Source: an uncultured Oscillospiraceae bacterium (GTDB lineage: Bacteria; Bacillota; Clostridia; Saccharofermentanales; UBA5734). Taken from it: a DNA stretch of 44,146 nt. Numbering within the stretch: position 1 is the first letter of the stretch; each line of letters opens with the position of its first letter. Positions 9,631 to 18,629 of the stretch are shown in pieces. The stretch lies in assembly GCA_964534195.1 (NCBI GenBank), contig CAZHQX010000003.1, positions 1 through 44,146 of the forward strand, written 5' to 3'. The position numbers and the translations under genes were made by a program. The notes beneath the pieces are model-generated. The model searched no databases. It was given only the letters and a program-made list of their open reading frames with translations, and was not told the DNA's origin.

Positions 9631-11463
9631 ATGATATCAAGACAACTTGAAAAGCTTGCAGATAAATATGACTGGAAGAGACATCAGGACAGCCAAGATG
9701 AAGTATCCTTGTTTGGTGAATTCAACGGATTTCTGTTCACTGCTATGGAAGGCAAAGGTTTCAAGGCCTTCTTCACACCAGTGGCTGGAATAGGCAGAAA
9801 TCAGCTTCGTCAACTTAAGTCTTGGCTGGATGATAATCAAAAAGATTTGAAAATAAGAAATTATGAATTGTCTGACAATTTTCTCTGCATTAGACTCCGG
9901 GAGGAATGGCTGCCCAGATCTGTCGAGAAGATGGAGAGTTTTCTGATAAGGTTGACCGGTTTGCTTGACGAGCTTGATCTGCCAGAGAACAGTTGCGCTA
10001 TCTGTGGTAAGCCTGCAGATAAAAAGGGCTTATATGTTGGTCTGTTCTGCCATCTCCATCCGGAATGTCAGAGCAAGCCTGGTATTGATTATACTGCTGA
10101 TGACGATGTTGTTAATTCGGTATCATACATACCCACGCAGGACACAATTGACAGTCTGGCGGAATCTATGAGTGATTACAGACAACCTTTGATTGATACA
10201 GTAACAAAAATATGCAGCATACCAAGTGTCAAGGGACAGCCAGAGCCTGACGCCCCCTATGGTCGATATACGGCCGAGGCTCTTCATGCCTTTTTGGAGG
10301 AAGGTTCTAAGCTTGGATTTGCAACAACAGCTCTTGAGAATCGTGCCGGTTACATAGAATGGGGTCAGGGCGAGGAAATGATCGCGGCACTTTGTCATCT
10401 CGATGTAGTCCCGGCTGGTCAGGGCTGGCATAATGATCCTTTCAAGCCTGCTGAGATCAATGGCAGGCTGACTGCCAGAGGCACTGCGGATGACAAAGGT
10501 CCTGCAGCAGCTGTTCTCTATGCGATGAAAGCTCTTAGTGATGAGGGTTTTGTTCCTGAACGTCGTATACGTCTAATCGTTGGTCTTGACGAGGAAAACG
10601 GCAGTGGCTGCATGGAATGGTACAGTATGCATGAAGAACTGCCTGTAGCCGGCTTCACCGCGGACGCGTCTTTTCCCGTTATACACGCGGAAAAGGGTAT
10701 AGCTCAAGTTGTTTTATCGATCGACGAGAAGCAGGACGAGGCTGATTCACTTCAGCTTATCTCTGCCAGCGGCGGCGAAGCTGCCAACATGGTTCCGGGC
10801 AGTTTCCAGGCAGGATTTGCTGACAGAGCAGATCCTCTCATCATTAATGGCAGCCAGGCACATGCCAGCAGACCAGAGGATGGCGATAACGCTATCATCA
10901 AGGGCATTTACGCGGTTCAACGCGAGCTCCACTCTGTAAGTTCGCATCATCCGTTCGTTTCTGCTTTTACTCTGATGTTTCCATCTGACCGTCCAGGCAA
11001 GCTAATAGATTTTGAGCTTAGTGACGATTACGGCGAGCTGACCGCAAATCCCGGAATCATCAAGCTAGGCCCTGATGGCGCCGAGCTTACTATCGATATA
11101 AGATACCCTGTTACATGTGACTTCGAAACAGATTTAAAAACTCCATTTGAGGCTTTGGCTGCCCAGCTTGGCTTCAGCTGTCATTGGAAAACTCATCTGG
11201 AGCCACTATATATCGATCCGCAATCTAAACTTATAAGTACGATAAATGACATATACCAGACAATGACTGGAACACAGGCTACGCCTGAAGCTATCGGTGG
11301 CGGAACATACGCACGTGCTATTCCCAACATTGTCGCCTTTGGCCCGGCTTTTCCCGGTGATCCTGATGTTTGCCATCAGGCAGATGAGAGCGTTGATACC
11401 AATCGTCTGATGGCTGCCAGCGCAATTTACAGAGAGACACTCAGAGCTCTTGCGGACCATTGA
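9631..11463 (+). CDS. M20 PepV/Sapep-type dipeptidase with an extra ~165-aa N-terminal domain carrying a CxxC...HxxC zinc finger
   Basis: C-terminal part has HLDVVPAG, RGTADDKGP, GLDEE, HAEKG, AHAS, GGGTYAR, CHQADE; N-terminal part has CAIC-x17-HPEC; SD gggagg. Confidence 0.85.
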   Translation: MISRQLEKLADKYDWKRHQDSQDEVSLFGEFNGFLFTAMEGKGFKAFFTPVAGIGRNQLRQLKSWLDDNQKDLKIRNYELSDNFLCIRLREEWLPRSVEKMESFLIRLTGLLDELDLPENSCAICGKPADKKGLYVGLFCHLHPECQSKPGIDYTADDDVVNSVSYIPTQDTIDSLAESMSDYRQPLIDTVTKICSIPSVKGQPEPDAPYGRYTAEALHAFLEEGSKLGFATTALENRAGYIEWGQGEEMIAALCHLDVVPAGQGWHNDPFKPAEINGRLTARGTADDKGPAAAVLYAMKALSDEGFVPERRIRLIVGLDEENGSGCMEWYSMHEELPVAGFTADASFPVIHAEKGIAQVVLSIDEKQDEADSLQLISASGGEAANMVPGSFQAGFADRADPLIINGSQAHASRPEDGDNAIIKGIYAVQRELHSVSSHHPFVSAFTLMFPSDRPGKLIDFELSDDYGELTANPGIIKLGPDGAELTIDIRYPVTCDFETDLKTPFEALAAQLGFSCHWKTHLEPLYIDPQSKLISTINDIYQTMTGTQATPEAIGGGTYARAIPNIVAFGPAFPGDPDVCHQADESVDTNRLMAASAIYRETLRALADH

Positions 11464-11482
11464 CTGCGTACAAGGAGATATC

Positions 11483-12616
11483 ATGCCAGATTTACCAATT
11501 CTGCTGACTGAGAGGCTGATGCTTCGTATTCTGGATGAGAGCTATGCTCAGCATGTCAGCGACTATTATTTGAGAAACAGAGAATTTCACCAGCCCTGGT
11601 TTTCCGAGCGCGGCGATGATATCTTCACAGCTAGACAGCAGAGAAAAAATCTTGAGGTCGAACTGCGGGATTTCAACACCGGCCGTGCTCTGCCATTCTG
11701 GATATACCTCAAGAGTGATCCCCAGCGGATAATAGGAAGATTTGCCCTCACAAATATGATTCACGGAAGCTTTCGATCTTGTATCGCCAGCTGGCATCTC
11801 GACAAGGAGATAACAGGCCGTGGCTATGCTTATGAGGCTGGCAAGGCAGCTATCAAAGCGGCATTCAATGACTACAAGCTCCATCGTATCGAAGCAAATA
11901 TTCTTCCTGTTAACAGCCGGTCTATTAACTTAGCAGAACAGCTAGGTTTCGAACTGGCTGGTTATGAGAACAGATACCTGGAAATCAATGGTGAATGGGA
12001 GGATCATCTTCACTATGTCAAGCTGTCTGACGGTCCTTATTATCAGGTGTTTGAAGTACCTGAGCTTACAGGTGATCAGATTCTGCTAAGACCTCTGCGT
12101 CAGGACGATATTGAAACTCTAGTTCAATATTTTTCTGTAAATGATGAGCATCTTTCCGCCTATAATCCTTCCCTGCCAATAAGCTTCCAGTCAGAAATCT
12201 ATTGGCGCAAGCATTTGATGAAAGCACAATTTGACAATGGTCGTGGTATAACACTAAACATTGGCATCTTCCTCAGGGACAGACCCGATAAGCTAATAGG
12301 CTGCCTTGAAGTCAGAGACATCATGAAAGCACCTTACAATTGCTGTGAGCTGGGCTTCTCACTCGACAGCAGATTAACAGGACAAGGTTTCATGTTGAAA
12401 TCCTTAAGCTTGATAATCGGTTGGCTGTTTACGTACATGAACATTAACAGGATACATGCAAGATATTTACCAGAAAACCTGCGCAGCGAAAAAGTTCTCA
12501 AGATATTAGGATTTAAGCGCGAAGGCTTGCAGCGACAAGCAATCGTCACAAGCCTAGGCAGCCGGGATCTGGTCTTGGCTGGCTTGCTTGCTGAAGATTT
12601 CTGTTGGATCGATTGA
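11483..12616 (+). CDS. Tandem (two-domain) RimJ/RimL-type GNAT N-acetyltransferase
   Basis: Two repeats: LLTERLMLR...GRGYAYEA...LHRIEANILPVNSRSINLAEQLGF, and ILLRPL...GQGFMLKS...INRIHARYLPENLRSEKVLKILGF; ATG 11483 after SD aaggag. Confidence 0.85.
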   Translation: MPDLPILLTERLMLRILDESYAQHVSDYYLRNREFHQPWFSERGDDIFTARQQRKNLEVELRDFNTGRALPFWIYLKSDPQRIIGRFALTNMIHGSFRSCIASWHLDKEITGRGYAYEAGKAAIKAAFNDYKLHRIEANILPVNSRSINLAEQLGFELAGYENRYLEINGEWEDHLHYVKLSDGPYYQVFEVPELTGDQILLRPLRQDDIETLVQYFSVNDEHLSAYNPSLPISFQSEIYWRKHLMKAQFDNGRGITLNIGIFLRDRPDKLIGCLEVRDIMKAPYNCCELGFSLDSRLTGQGFMLKSLSLIIGWLFTYMNINRIHARYLPENLRSEKVLKILGFKREGLQRQAIVTSLGSRDLVLAGLLAEDFCWID

Positions 12617-12653
12617 CATTCATAATTAGTGATGGCAACAAAGCTTTATTCAC

Positions 12654-13460
12654 CTAAAGCTCTCTAACACGTCGCAGCAGCAGCTCCATAAAAGGCTCAT
12701 CAGACGGTGGCAGCACCTCATCAGCTGAGGCCTTCACATGATCAGAGGCCTGACCCATGGCAAAAGCATAATCAGCGACTTTAAACATCTCTATGTCGTT
12801 TTCCTGATCACCAACAACAATAATTTTCCGATTTTCAATACATTCTGGATCCATAAATCCTGGGAGTTGTTTGAGCGTATTGCCCTTAGAAACTCCAGCG
12901 GACATGATATCAAGGAGAGTTGGATATGAACAGGTCGCGGACAATGTGGCCTTATATGAGAGATCGATCAGCTTGCGAGGAGCTGACAGCTCTTCAAGAG
13001 ATCCTACAAACAGCGCTTTGTAAACGTCATCTGGTAAGCCGGAAAAATCAGAAACAGGATATGACTGGTAAAAGAAGGGCATAGTCTCACGATCTTCGGG
13101 CTCACGCATGATAACAGCCCCACCATCTGATACTGCGATCAATCCCAAATGAGGAAACTTCTCAGCTAAAAACAGAAGCTGCTCAATGGATCTGCCGGCT
13201 AGAGTTTGTTTCATAATCACCTGTTTATTCACAGGATCATATATCTGTGCCCCATTTACCAATATCAAAGGAAGCCTTAGTGGCAGCAAAGGCGTATATT
13301 CATCAAGAGCATGCCACTCTCTGCCAGTTGCCAAAGTGAAGCATCCTCCTTCGGCCACCAGATCATGTACAGCCGCAATGTTCTCATCGAAAATTTTGTG
13401 ATCTGGATTTAACAGTGTTCCATCCATATCACTAACTACAAGTACTTCCCTTAAATTCAT
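12654..13460 (-). CDS. Cof-type HAD-IIB hydrolase
   Basis: SDMDGTLL, LATGR, VSKG, GDQENDIEM; start at ATG 13460 after SD ggag. Confidence 0.9.
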   Translation of the reverse strand: MNLREVLVVSDMDGTLLNPDHKIFDENIAAVHDLVAEGGCFTLATGREWHALDEYTPLLPLRLPLILVNGAQIYDPVNKQVIMKQTLAGRSIEQLLFLAEKFPHLGLIAVSDGGAVIMREPEDRETMPFFYQSYPVSDFSGLPDDVYKALFVGSLEELSAPRKLIDLSYKATLSATCSYPTLLDIMSAGVSKGNTLKQLPGFMDPECIENRKIIVVGDQENDIEMFKVADYAFAMGQASDHVKASADEVLPPSDEPFMELLLRRVREL

Positions 13461-13503
13461 TAATGTTTCTCCATCACTTCTAATAATCAATGCTTGTAAT
13501 CAT

Positions 13504-13538
13504 AAAAAGGGAGCGTGCCGTTTATGACATGCTCCCTT
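13504..13538 (-). terminator. Intrinsic terminator after ispH-rpsA
   Basis: aaGGGAGCATGTC-ataaac-GGCACGCTCCC-TTTTT on the minus strand. Confidence 0.8.
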
Positions 13539-13574
13539 GTTGACTGACAATTAAATAGTACAAGCCAAGTGATC

Positions 13575-15662
13575 TTATTCTTCCTCTGCAACAGTTTCTG
13601 TTTCAGGAAGCTCAAGCTCACCAGATGGGGCGTTAAACTCATCCTGCTCTGAAACATAATTATCAATTGCTTCCTCTGCAGGCTCTGCTGATTCATCAGC
13701 AACAGGATTGATCGGCTCAACTTCCTTAATACTGATGCTGATTCTGCGATTCTCATTGCTGACCTCGAGAACTCTAGCATCAATTTCCATACCCTCTGCC
13801 AGAACATCGTTTGGCTTAACAAGGCGGACATCAGAAATTTGCGAAATATGGCAAAGTGCGTCAACACCTGGAGCGATTTCAACAAAAGCACCAAATGGGA
13901 ACATTCTTACAACGATACCACGTACGATCGATCCGACAGGGAATCTGCTCTCTACATCATGATAAGGATCATCCTCAGGACGTTTATAGCCCAATGATAT
14001 ACGCTTCTTCTCTGTGTCAAAATCCTTAACGTAAACAGTAATCTCATCACCTACGTTAACGACCTCGGATGGATGACGAATACGATTCCAAGAAAGCTCG
14101 CTGACATGTACTAAACCATCAACGCCGCCGATATCGACAAAAGCGCCGAAATCTGTGAGGCTGCGTACAATACCTTCGTAATCCTTGCCAACTTCAATAG
14201 CTGCCCAGACCTCGTCTGCCTTCTCACGGCGCTGTGCGCTAAGCAGAGCACGCTTCGAGCCTGACACACGCAGTCTCTTCTTATCCGGATCAAATTGTGT
14301 GATCATGATCTCCAAGGTCTGGCCAATGTATGGCTCAAGATCATTTACCATGTTCATTTCGAGCTGTGTACGGTGGATGTAGATATCGACTCCGCCATAA
14401 GTAGCAATCACGCCATCCTTGACAGCCTTGATCACTTTGACGGAAATAGGTTCCTTATTCTGGAAAGCCTCTTCAATCAGAGCCTTGTATTTGCCGAAAT
14501 CAACTCTTGATCTGCGAAGAACTATCTCTTTACCCATATCTGAGTTGCGTATGCTGCTGACATATACATCTATTTCAGTATGGTCCTGAATGGCCTGATC
14601 CAAATTGAAATCCGGATCACCGTCAAACTCACGGCGAGGAATCCTTCCTTCAGATTTATCATGGACATCCACATACACATAGTCATTGTCATATCTGACA
14701 ATTACACCTTTTACGGTGGCGCCTTTTTTCAAATGTGGAATGCTGTCGATAAAGTCTGAAAAACTCACATCAACCTGCTCCTGTTGGTTTTCAAAAACCT
14801 CGTTCTCAGTCATTGCTTGGATAACCTCCCTGATTATGCGTTCTGGTGTAGATGCACCCGCTGTAACCCCGACTGTCAAATCCTTCAGATGTCTATTTCT
14901 CATAACCTTCAGGACATCACCCGGCTGTTCAATCAAATACGTCTCACCACATCGACTGCTACACACATCAAAAAGCTTCATAGTGTTAGAACTGTTGCTG
15001 CTGCCAATGACAAGCATGACATCAACCTCAGCAGCTAAACTCTCAGCTTCTTTTTGTCTATTTTCAGTCGTAATACATATTGTATCAAAAATTTCAAAGT
15101 TTGCAATTTTATTTTTCAAAATATCACATATTTTCTTAAATTTATCAACAGAATATGTCGTTTGTGAATAAATGACCCATTTACCTTCATCAAATTCCAT
15201 AGATTCTGCCTGTTCCGGCGACTCGATAACCACTGCCTTTCCAGACGCTTCTCCAACGATCCCAACGACCTCCGGATGATTCGCGGATCCGGCAATAATA
15301 ATGTTGCTTCCTTCAGACGCCGCTTTTTTGGCCAGCTTATGGATTTTCGAAACAAATGGGCAGGTACAATCTATGACCTCACATTTTTTTAACTCAAGCT
15401 GATCGATTATTTGCGGTGGTACGCCATGGGCTCTGATCATAACCCTACTGCCTTCAGGAATATCATCAAGCTCATTCACTGTTTTCATGCCACCTTCATT
15501 AAGCTCATTGATTACAATTTTGTTATGAATCAACTCACCCAACATATACATAGGCTCTTCGCTATTGTTTTTCTTATTATCTTCAATCAGATCATAAGCT
15601 TTCGTTACGGCGTTTCGAACACCAAAACAAAATCCTGATGACTGTGCTCTGACTATTTTCAT
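13575..15662 (-). CDS. ispH: Bifunctional IspH (HMBPP reductase)/30S ribosomal protein S1 fusion
   Basis: N-terminal GFCFGV, IHN, RAHG, DCTCPFV, DTIC, SSNT, TAGASTP; C-terminal S1 repeats (DFGAFVDIGGVDGLVHVSELSW, FGAFVEIAPGVDALCHISQIS); start at ATG 15662. Confidence 0.93.
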   Translation of the reverse strand: MKIVRAQSSGFCFGVRNAVTKAYDLIEDNKKNNSEEPMYMLGELIHNKIVINELNEGGMKTVNELDDIPEGSRVMIRAHGVPPQIIDQLELKKCEVIDCTCPFVSKIHKLAKKAASEGSNIIIAGSANHPEVVGIVGEASGKAVVIESPEQAESMEFDEGKWVIYSQTTYSVDKFKKICDILKNKIANFEIFDTICITTENRQKEAESLAAEVDVMLVIGSSNSSNTMKLFDVCSSRCGETYLIEQPGDVLKVMRNRHLKDLTVGVTAGASTPERIIREVIQAMTENEVFENQQEQVDVSFSDFIDSIPHLKKGATVKGVIVRYDNDYVYVDVHDKSEGRIPRREFDGDPDFNLDQAIQDHTEIDVYVSSIRNSDMGKEIVLRRSRVDFGKYKALIEEAFQNKEPISVKVIKAVKDGVIATYGGVDIYIHRTQLEMNMVNDLEPYIGQTLEIMITQFDPDKKRLRVSGSKRALLSAQRREKADEVWAAIEVGKDYEGIVRSLTDFGAFVDIGGVDGLVHVSELSWNRIRHPSEVVNVGDEITVYVKDFDTEKKRISLGYKRPEDDPYHDVESRFPVGSIVRGIVVRMFPFGAFVEIAPGVDALCHISQISDVRLVKPNDVLAEGMEIDARVLEVSNENRRISISIKEVEPINPVADESAEPAEEAIDNYVSEQDEFNAPSGELELPETETVAEEE

Positions 15663-15731
15663 GCTTAAACTCCGTTTCATAAAAAATGCTGATAATGCTT
15701 TCACACTATCAGCAGGATGGACTATAATCAA

Positions 15732-16409
15732 CTATTCTGCGGTAACATTGCTAACGGGCTTATAGTCTATAGTTGTCAGTGCATATATTTTTTTCATTAC
15801 GTCAACGCTCATATCAAGAAGCTCATTATGACTATACTTCTTCCTGGAATCTGTATCCAGCTTAAAAGGTTCGCCAAATATTATCCTGGTCTTATGAAAG
15901 AGCTTGAATTGACCATCAATGGCCGCCGGAACTATCAAAGCGTTTGTTTTGATAGCGAAATGCGCGATTCCAGTCTTAGGAAGAACATGATCTATATGTT
16001 CCGGCTTGACACGTGTTCCTTGCGGGAACATCGCGACCGCGCGATCTGCTTGAAGTACAGAAAAAATTCCTCTGGCTGCTGTCAGGTCTACCTTGTCTCG
16101 ATCTACAGGGATCGCTCCCATTCTTGGCATAACGAATTTTACGATCGGTGTTCGGAATAATTCCTTCTTAGCCACCCAATGGAGCCAGCGTTTTAGGCCG
16201 GTATGAATGGCGATAATATCAACGATACTGGTATGATTTGCAGCTAATATAAAAGCTCCATTTTCCGGCACATTCTCGATGCCAACAAATTCGAATCGAT
16301 AAAAAATACGTCCATACAGCCAAAAAAAGCCTTTGACCAAGCCTCGTAAACCACGATTTGTATCGATGAGAACAGATTGTGATGACTTGCTTTTACCTGA
16401 TGACATCAT
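15732..16409 (-). CDS. plsC: 1-acyl-sn-glycerol-3-phosphate acyltransferase
   Basis: NHTSIVD (HX4D) and FPQGTR motifs; lies between cmk and ispH. Confidence 0.9.
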   Translation of the reverse strand: MMSSGKSKSSQSVLIDTNRGLRGLVKGFFWLYGRIFYRFEFVGIENVPENGAFILAANHTSIVDIIAIHTGLKRWLHWVAKKELFRTPIVKFVMPRMGAIPVDRDKVDLTAARGIFSVLQADRAVAMFPQGTRVKPEHIDHVLPKTGIAHFAIKTNALIVPAAIDGQFKLFHKTRIIFGEPFKLDTDSRKKYSHNELLDMSVDVMKKIYALTTIDYKPVSNVTAE

Positions 16410-17137
16410 TTGCTGCCTCCAGAAGTATCAGCCGCAACATCAGAAACCTCACTGGCTGCTTCTTGAACCTCATGAGGGAGCATGCCGATCTCTCTGATAA
16501 TAGCAGCAATAACCTGTTCAATGCTTAAGTGAGTTGTGTCAAGCAAAATCGCGTCATCAGCCTGTCTTAACGGAGCGACTTCTCTGGTGCTGTCCTGTTT
16601 GTCGCGGTAGTTGATATCCTCAATAACCTGCTCCAGAGTTGTATTGGCATCACCCTTTGCACGCAGCTGTAAAAGGCGACGTTGTGCCCTCTCTTCGGCA
16701 GTTGCTGTTAAGAAAAATTTCCAAGGTGCATCAGGGAGTACATATGTCCCTATATCCCGACCATCAATGACCAGCGGCCTGCTGGCAGCCAGCTGACGCT
16801 GTAGCTCAACAAGATGTTTGCGAACGCAAGACAAAGCGCTGATATCTGAAGCTGCCTTGGACATTTCCGGGGTTCTGATAAGATCACTGACATCAATATC
16901 ATCAACGAACACATGCTGTTCGCCTTCTTCAAATCTAACATCCAGCTTGGTTTTGCAAAGCATAAACTCCACAGCCGGATCATTCTGGGGCGATATACCG
17001 GTATTCAGAGCTTTCCAGCCCATAGCTCTATACATGGCACCTGTGTCCAAATAAAGTATGCCGTAGTGCTCAGCTACCTTCCGTGCAATTGTACTTTTGC
17101 CCGCACCGGCAGGTCCATCCAATGCTATCGCAAACAT
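16406..17137 (-). CDS. cmk: Cytidylate kinase
   Basis: IALDGPAGAGKST, YLDTGAMYRA, DGRDIGTYV. Confidence 0.97.
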   Translation of the reverse strand: MFAIALDGPAGAGKSTIARKVAEHYGILYLDTGAMYRAMGWKALNTGISPQNDPAVEFMLCKTKLDVRFEEGEQHVFVDDIDVSDLIRTPEMSKAASDISALSCVRKHLVELQRQLAASRPLVIDGRDIGTYVLPDAPWKFFLTATAEERAQRRLLQLRAKGDANTTLEQVIEDINYRDKQDSTREVAPLRQADDAILLDTTHLSIEQVIAAIIREIGMLPHEVQEAASEVSDVAADTSGGSK

Positions 17138-17147
17138 AAAAAACCTC

Positions 17148-17570
17148 TCAAAATACTCTATGGCCTAAACCAACAGCTATTTCGTTCAAATGAAGAAGAC
17201 CAATGCCGAAGTATATGCAAACTCCTACATGATCCTCGTATCTGGCTATTCCGATCTTGCCGCCAACATTAAGGCCGATTGCCTTATTCATGATCTGCGA
17301 CAAGGCTTCTCTGGCCGCACCTGCGACCGCACCTTCTTCTGCATGAGTCGAGCTGATAAGGCCTTCTCTCTTAGCGGCTACTACTGCCCTCTCTATCATT
17401 CTGGACACTGAAGAAATAAACTCACCGCCAAAATCAACTGCGGCAGCATATATACCCTCTGCTGCGAGCTGATCACGCATCAGGTTCTCCTGAGTACGAT
17501 CCTCAGTCAAAGCCATTCTAATAGCAGCCGAGGCCGCACGCTTGCTGCCAGATGGGGCATGCTCACTCAT
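17148..17570 (-). CDS. HutP-family RNA-binding/antiterminator-like protein
   Basis: 140 aa with ERAVVAAKREGLI, EEGAVAGAAREA, GKIGIAR and C-terminal VGLGH; ATGA overlap with rpiR. Confidence 0.8.
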   Translation of the reverse strand: MSEHAPSGSKRAASAAIRMALTEDRTQENLMRDQLAAEGIYAAAVDFGGEFISSVSRMIERAVVAAKREGLISSTHAEEGAVAGAAREALSQIMNKAIGLNVGGKIGIARYEDHVGVCIYFGIGLLHLNEIAVGLGHRVF

Positions 17571-18445
17571 ACCTGCTGATCCCCCTTATCATAGACATCA
17601 TACTCATCCCAGATATGCTCGAGCTTCTCAAGCGTTTCTATAACGTGCTCCTGGCGTTTGAATCCAATAGCAGCGATCAAAGCGTTAATAACACTCAAAG
17701 GTGCGACCAGACTATCGACAAATGACATCATGTCACTGGGTGCAAGCAAGCTGATATCAGCATTTTCGGCAACAGGAGACTCAGATTTATCTGTAATAGC
17801 TACAACTGTAGCCCCTGTCGAACGTGCATAAGTCATAGCTTTGATCGTACGTTTAGAATAGCGGGGGAAGCTTATCGCTACTACAACATCTTTTTCGCCA
17901 ACTGGCAGTATCTGTTCAAACATCTCGCTGACACTGGTGGTGTGAACAAGACGAATATTGTCAAAAATCAGGTTGAAGTAAAATCCCAAAAATGACGCCA
18001 AAGGGGCCGCGCTTCTTACACCCAAAATATAGATCTTTTCAGCGCCCAAGATCGCATCAACTGCTTGATTAAACTTCTCTCGGTCAAGTCTGTCAGATGT
18101 CCTCTTCAGTTTCTCAATATCTGACTGCAATACAGCGCCCAGGATATCTTCTCTGCCAGCCAGCTTGAAGGAAGCCCTCATACGTTGAACAGAGGTAAGC
18201 CTGACCTTCAGTTCCTCCTGAAGCTCCTTCTGAAAATGAGGATAGCCATCAAATCCAAGCTCCATCGCGAATCTGACAACAGTTGATTCGCTGACGCCTG
18301 CTTCTTCGCCTATTCTGGCCGCAGTCAGATAGGCCGCCTGCTCATAATGGTTCAAAATAAAAGACGCGATAGATTTCTGACCTTTGCTCATCGTAGCCAT
18401 TTGCTGGCTGATACGATTCATTAAACTCATACTGTTTGACTGCAT
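17567..18445 (-). CDS. MurR/RpiR-family transcriptional regulator (HTH + SIS)
   Basis: GVSESTVVRFAMELGFDGY helix-turn-helix; SIS domain IYILGVRSA, AISFPRYS, VAITD; start at ATG 18445 after SD ggagaagg. Confidence 0.92.
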   Translation of the reverse strand: MQSNSMSLMNRISQQMATMSKGQKSIASFILNHYEQAAYLTAARIGEEAGVSESTVVRFAMELGFDGYPHFQKELQEELKVRLTSVQRMRASFKLAGREDILGAVLQSDIEKLKRTSDRLDREKFNQAVDAILGAEKIYILGVRSAAPLASFLGFYFNLIFDNIRLVHTTSVSEMFEQILPVGEKDVVVAISFPRYSKRTIKAMTYARSTGATVVAITDKSESPVAENADISLLAPSDMMSFVDSLVAPLSVINALIAAIGFKRQEHVIETLEKLEHIWDEYDVYDKGDQQV

Positions 18446-18578
18446 GGATACTACCTTCTCCATTTGATAACTGACTGCTAGTCAGCTGTGCCGAAAAGCG
18501 GCAACTTCTTATTACCTGTTGCTGTGCAATGACCAGCTCTCATTTAAGAGAGCTGGTCATAATTACAGCTGAAACATT

Positions 18579-18607
18579 ATTGTAAGCCATTTTTGCGCTC
18601 TCGGCAA
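18579..18607 (-). promoter_or_regulatory. SigA promoter for rpiR-hutP-cmk-plsC-ispH/rpsA
   Basis: TTGCCG (18607-18602), 17-bp spacer, TACAAT (18584-18579). Confidence 0.6.
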
Positions 18608-18629
18608 TTATGACTAGTTAGTGTCCGGC

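Noticed and set aside
13487-13894. 135-aa alternative-frame ORF at the end of ispH-rpsA
   Set aside because: Out-of-frame overlap that runs through the terminator, with no coding features
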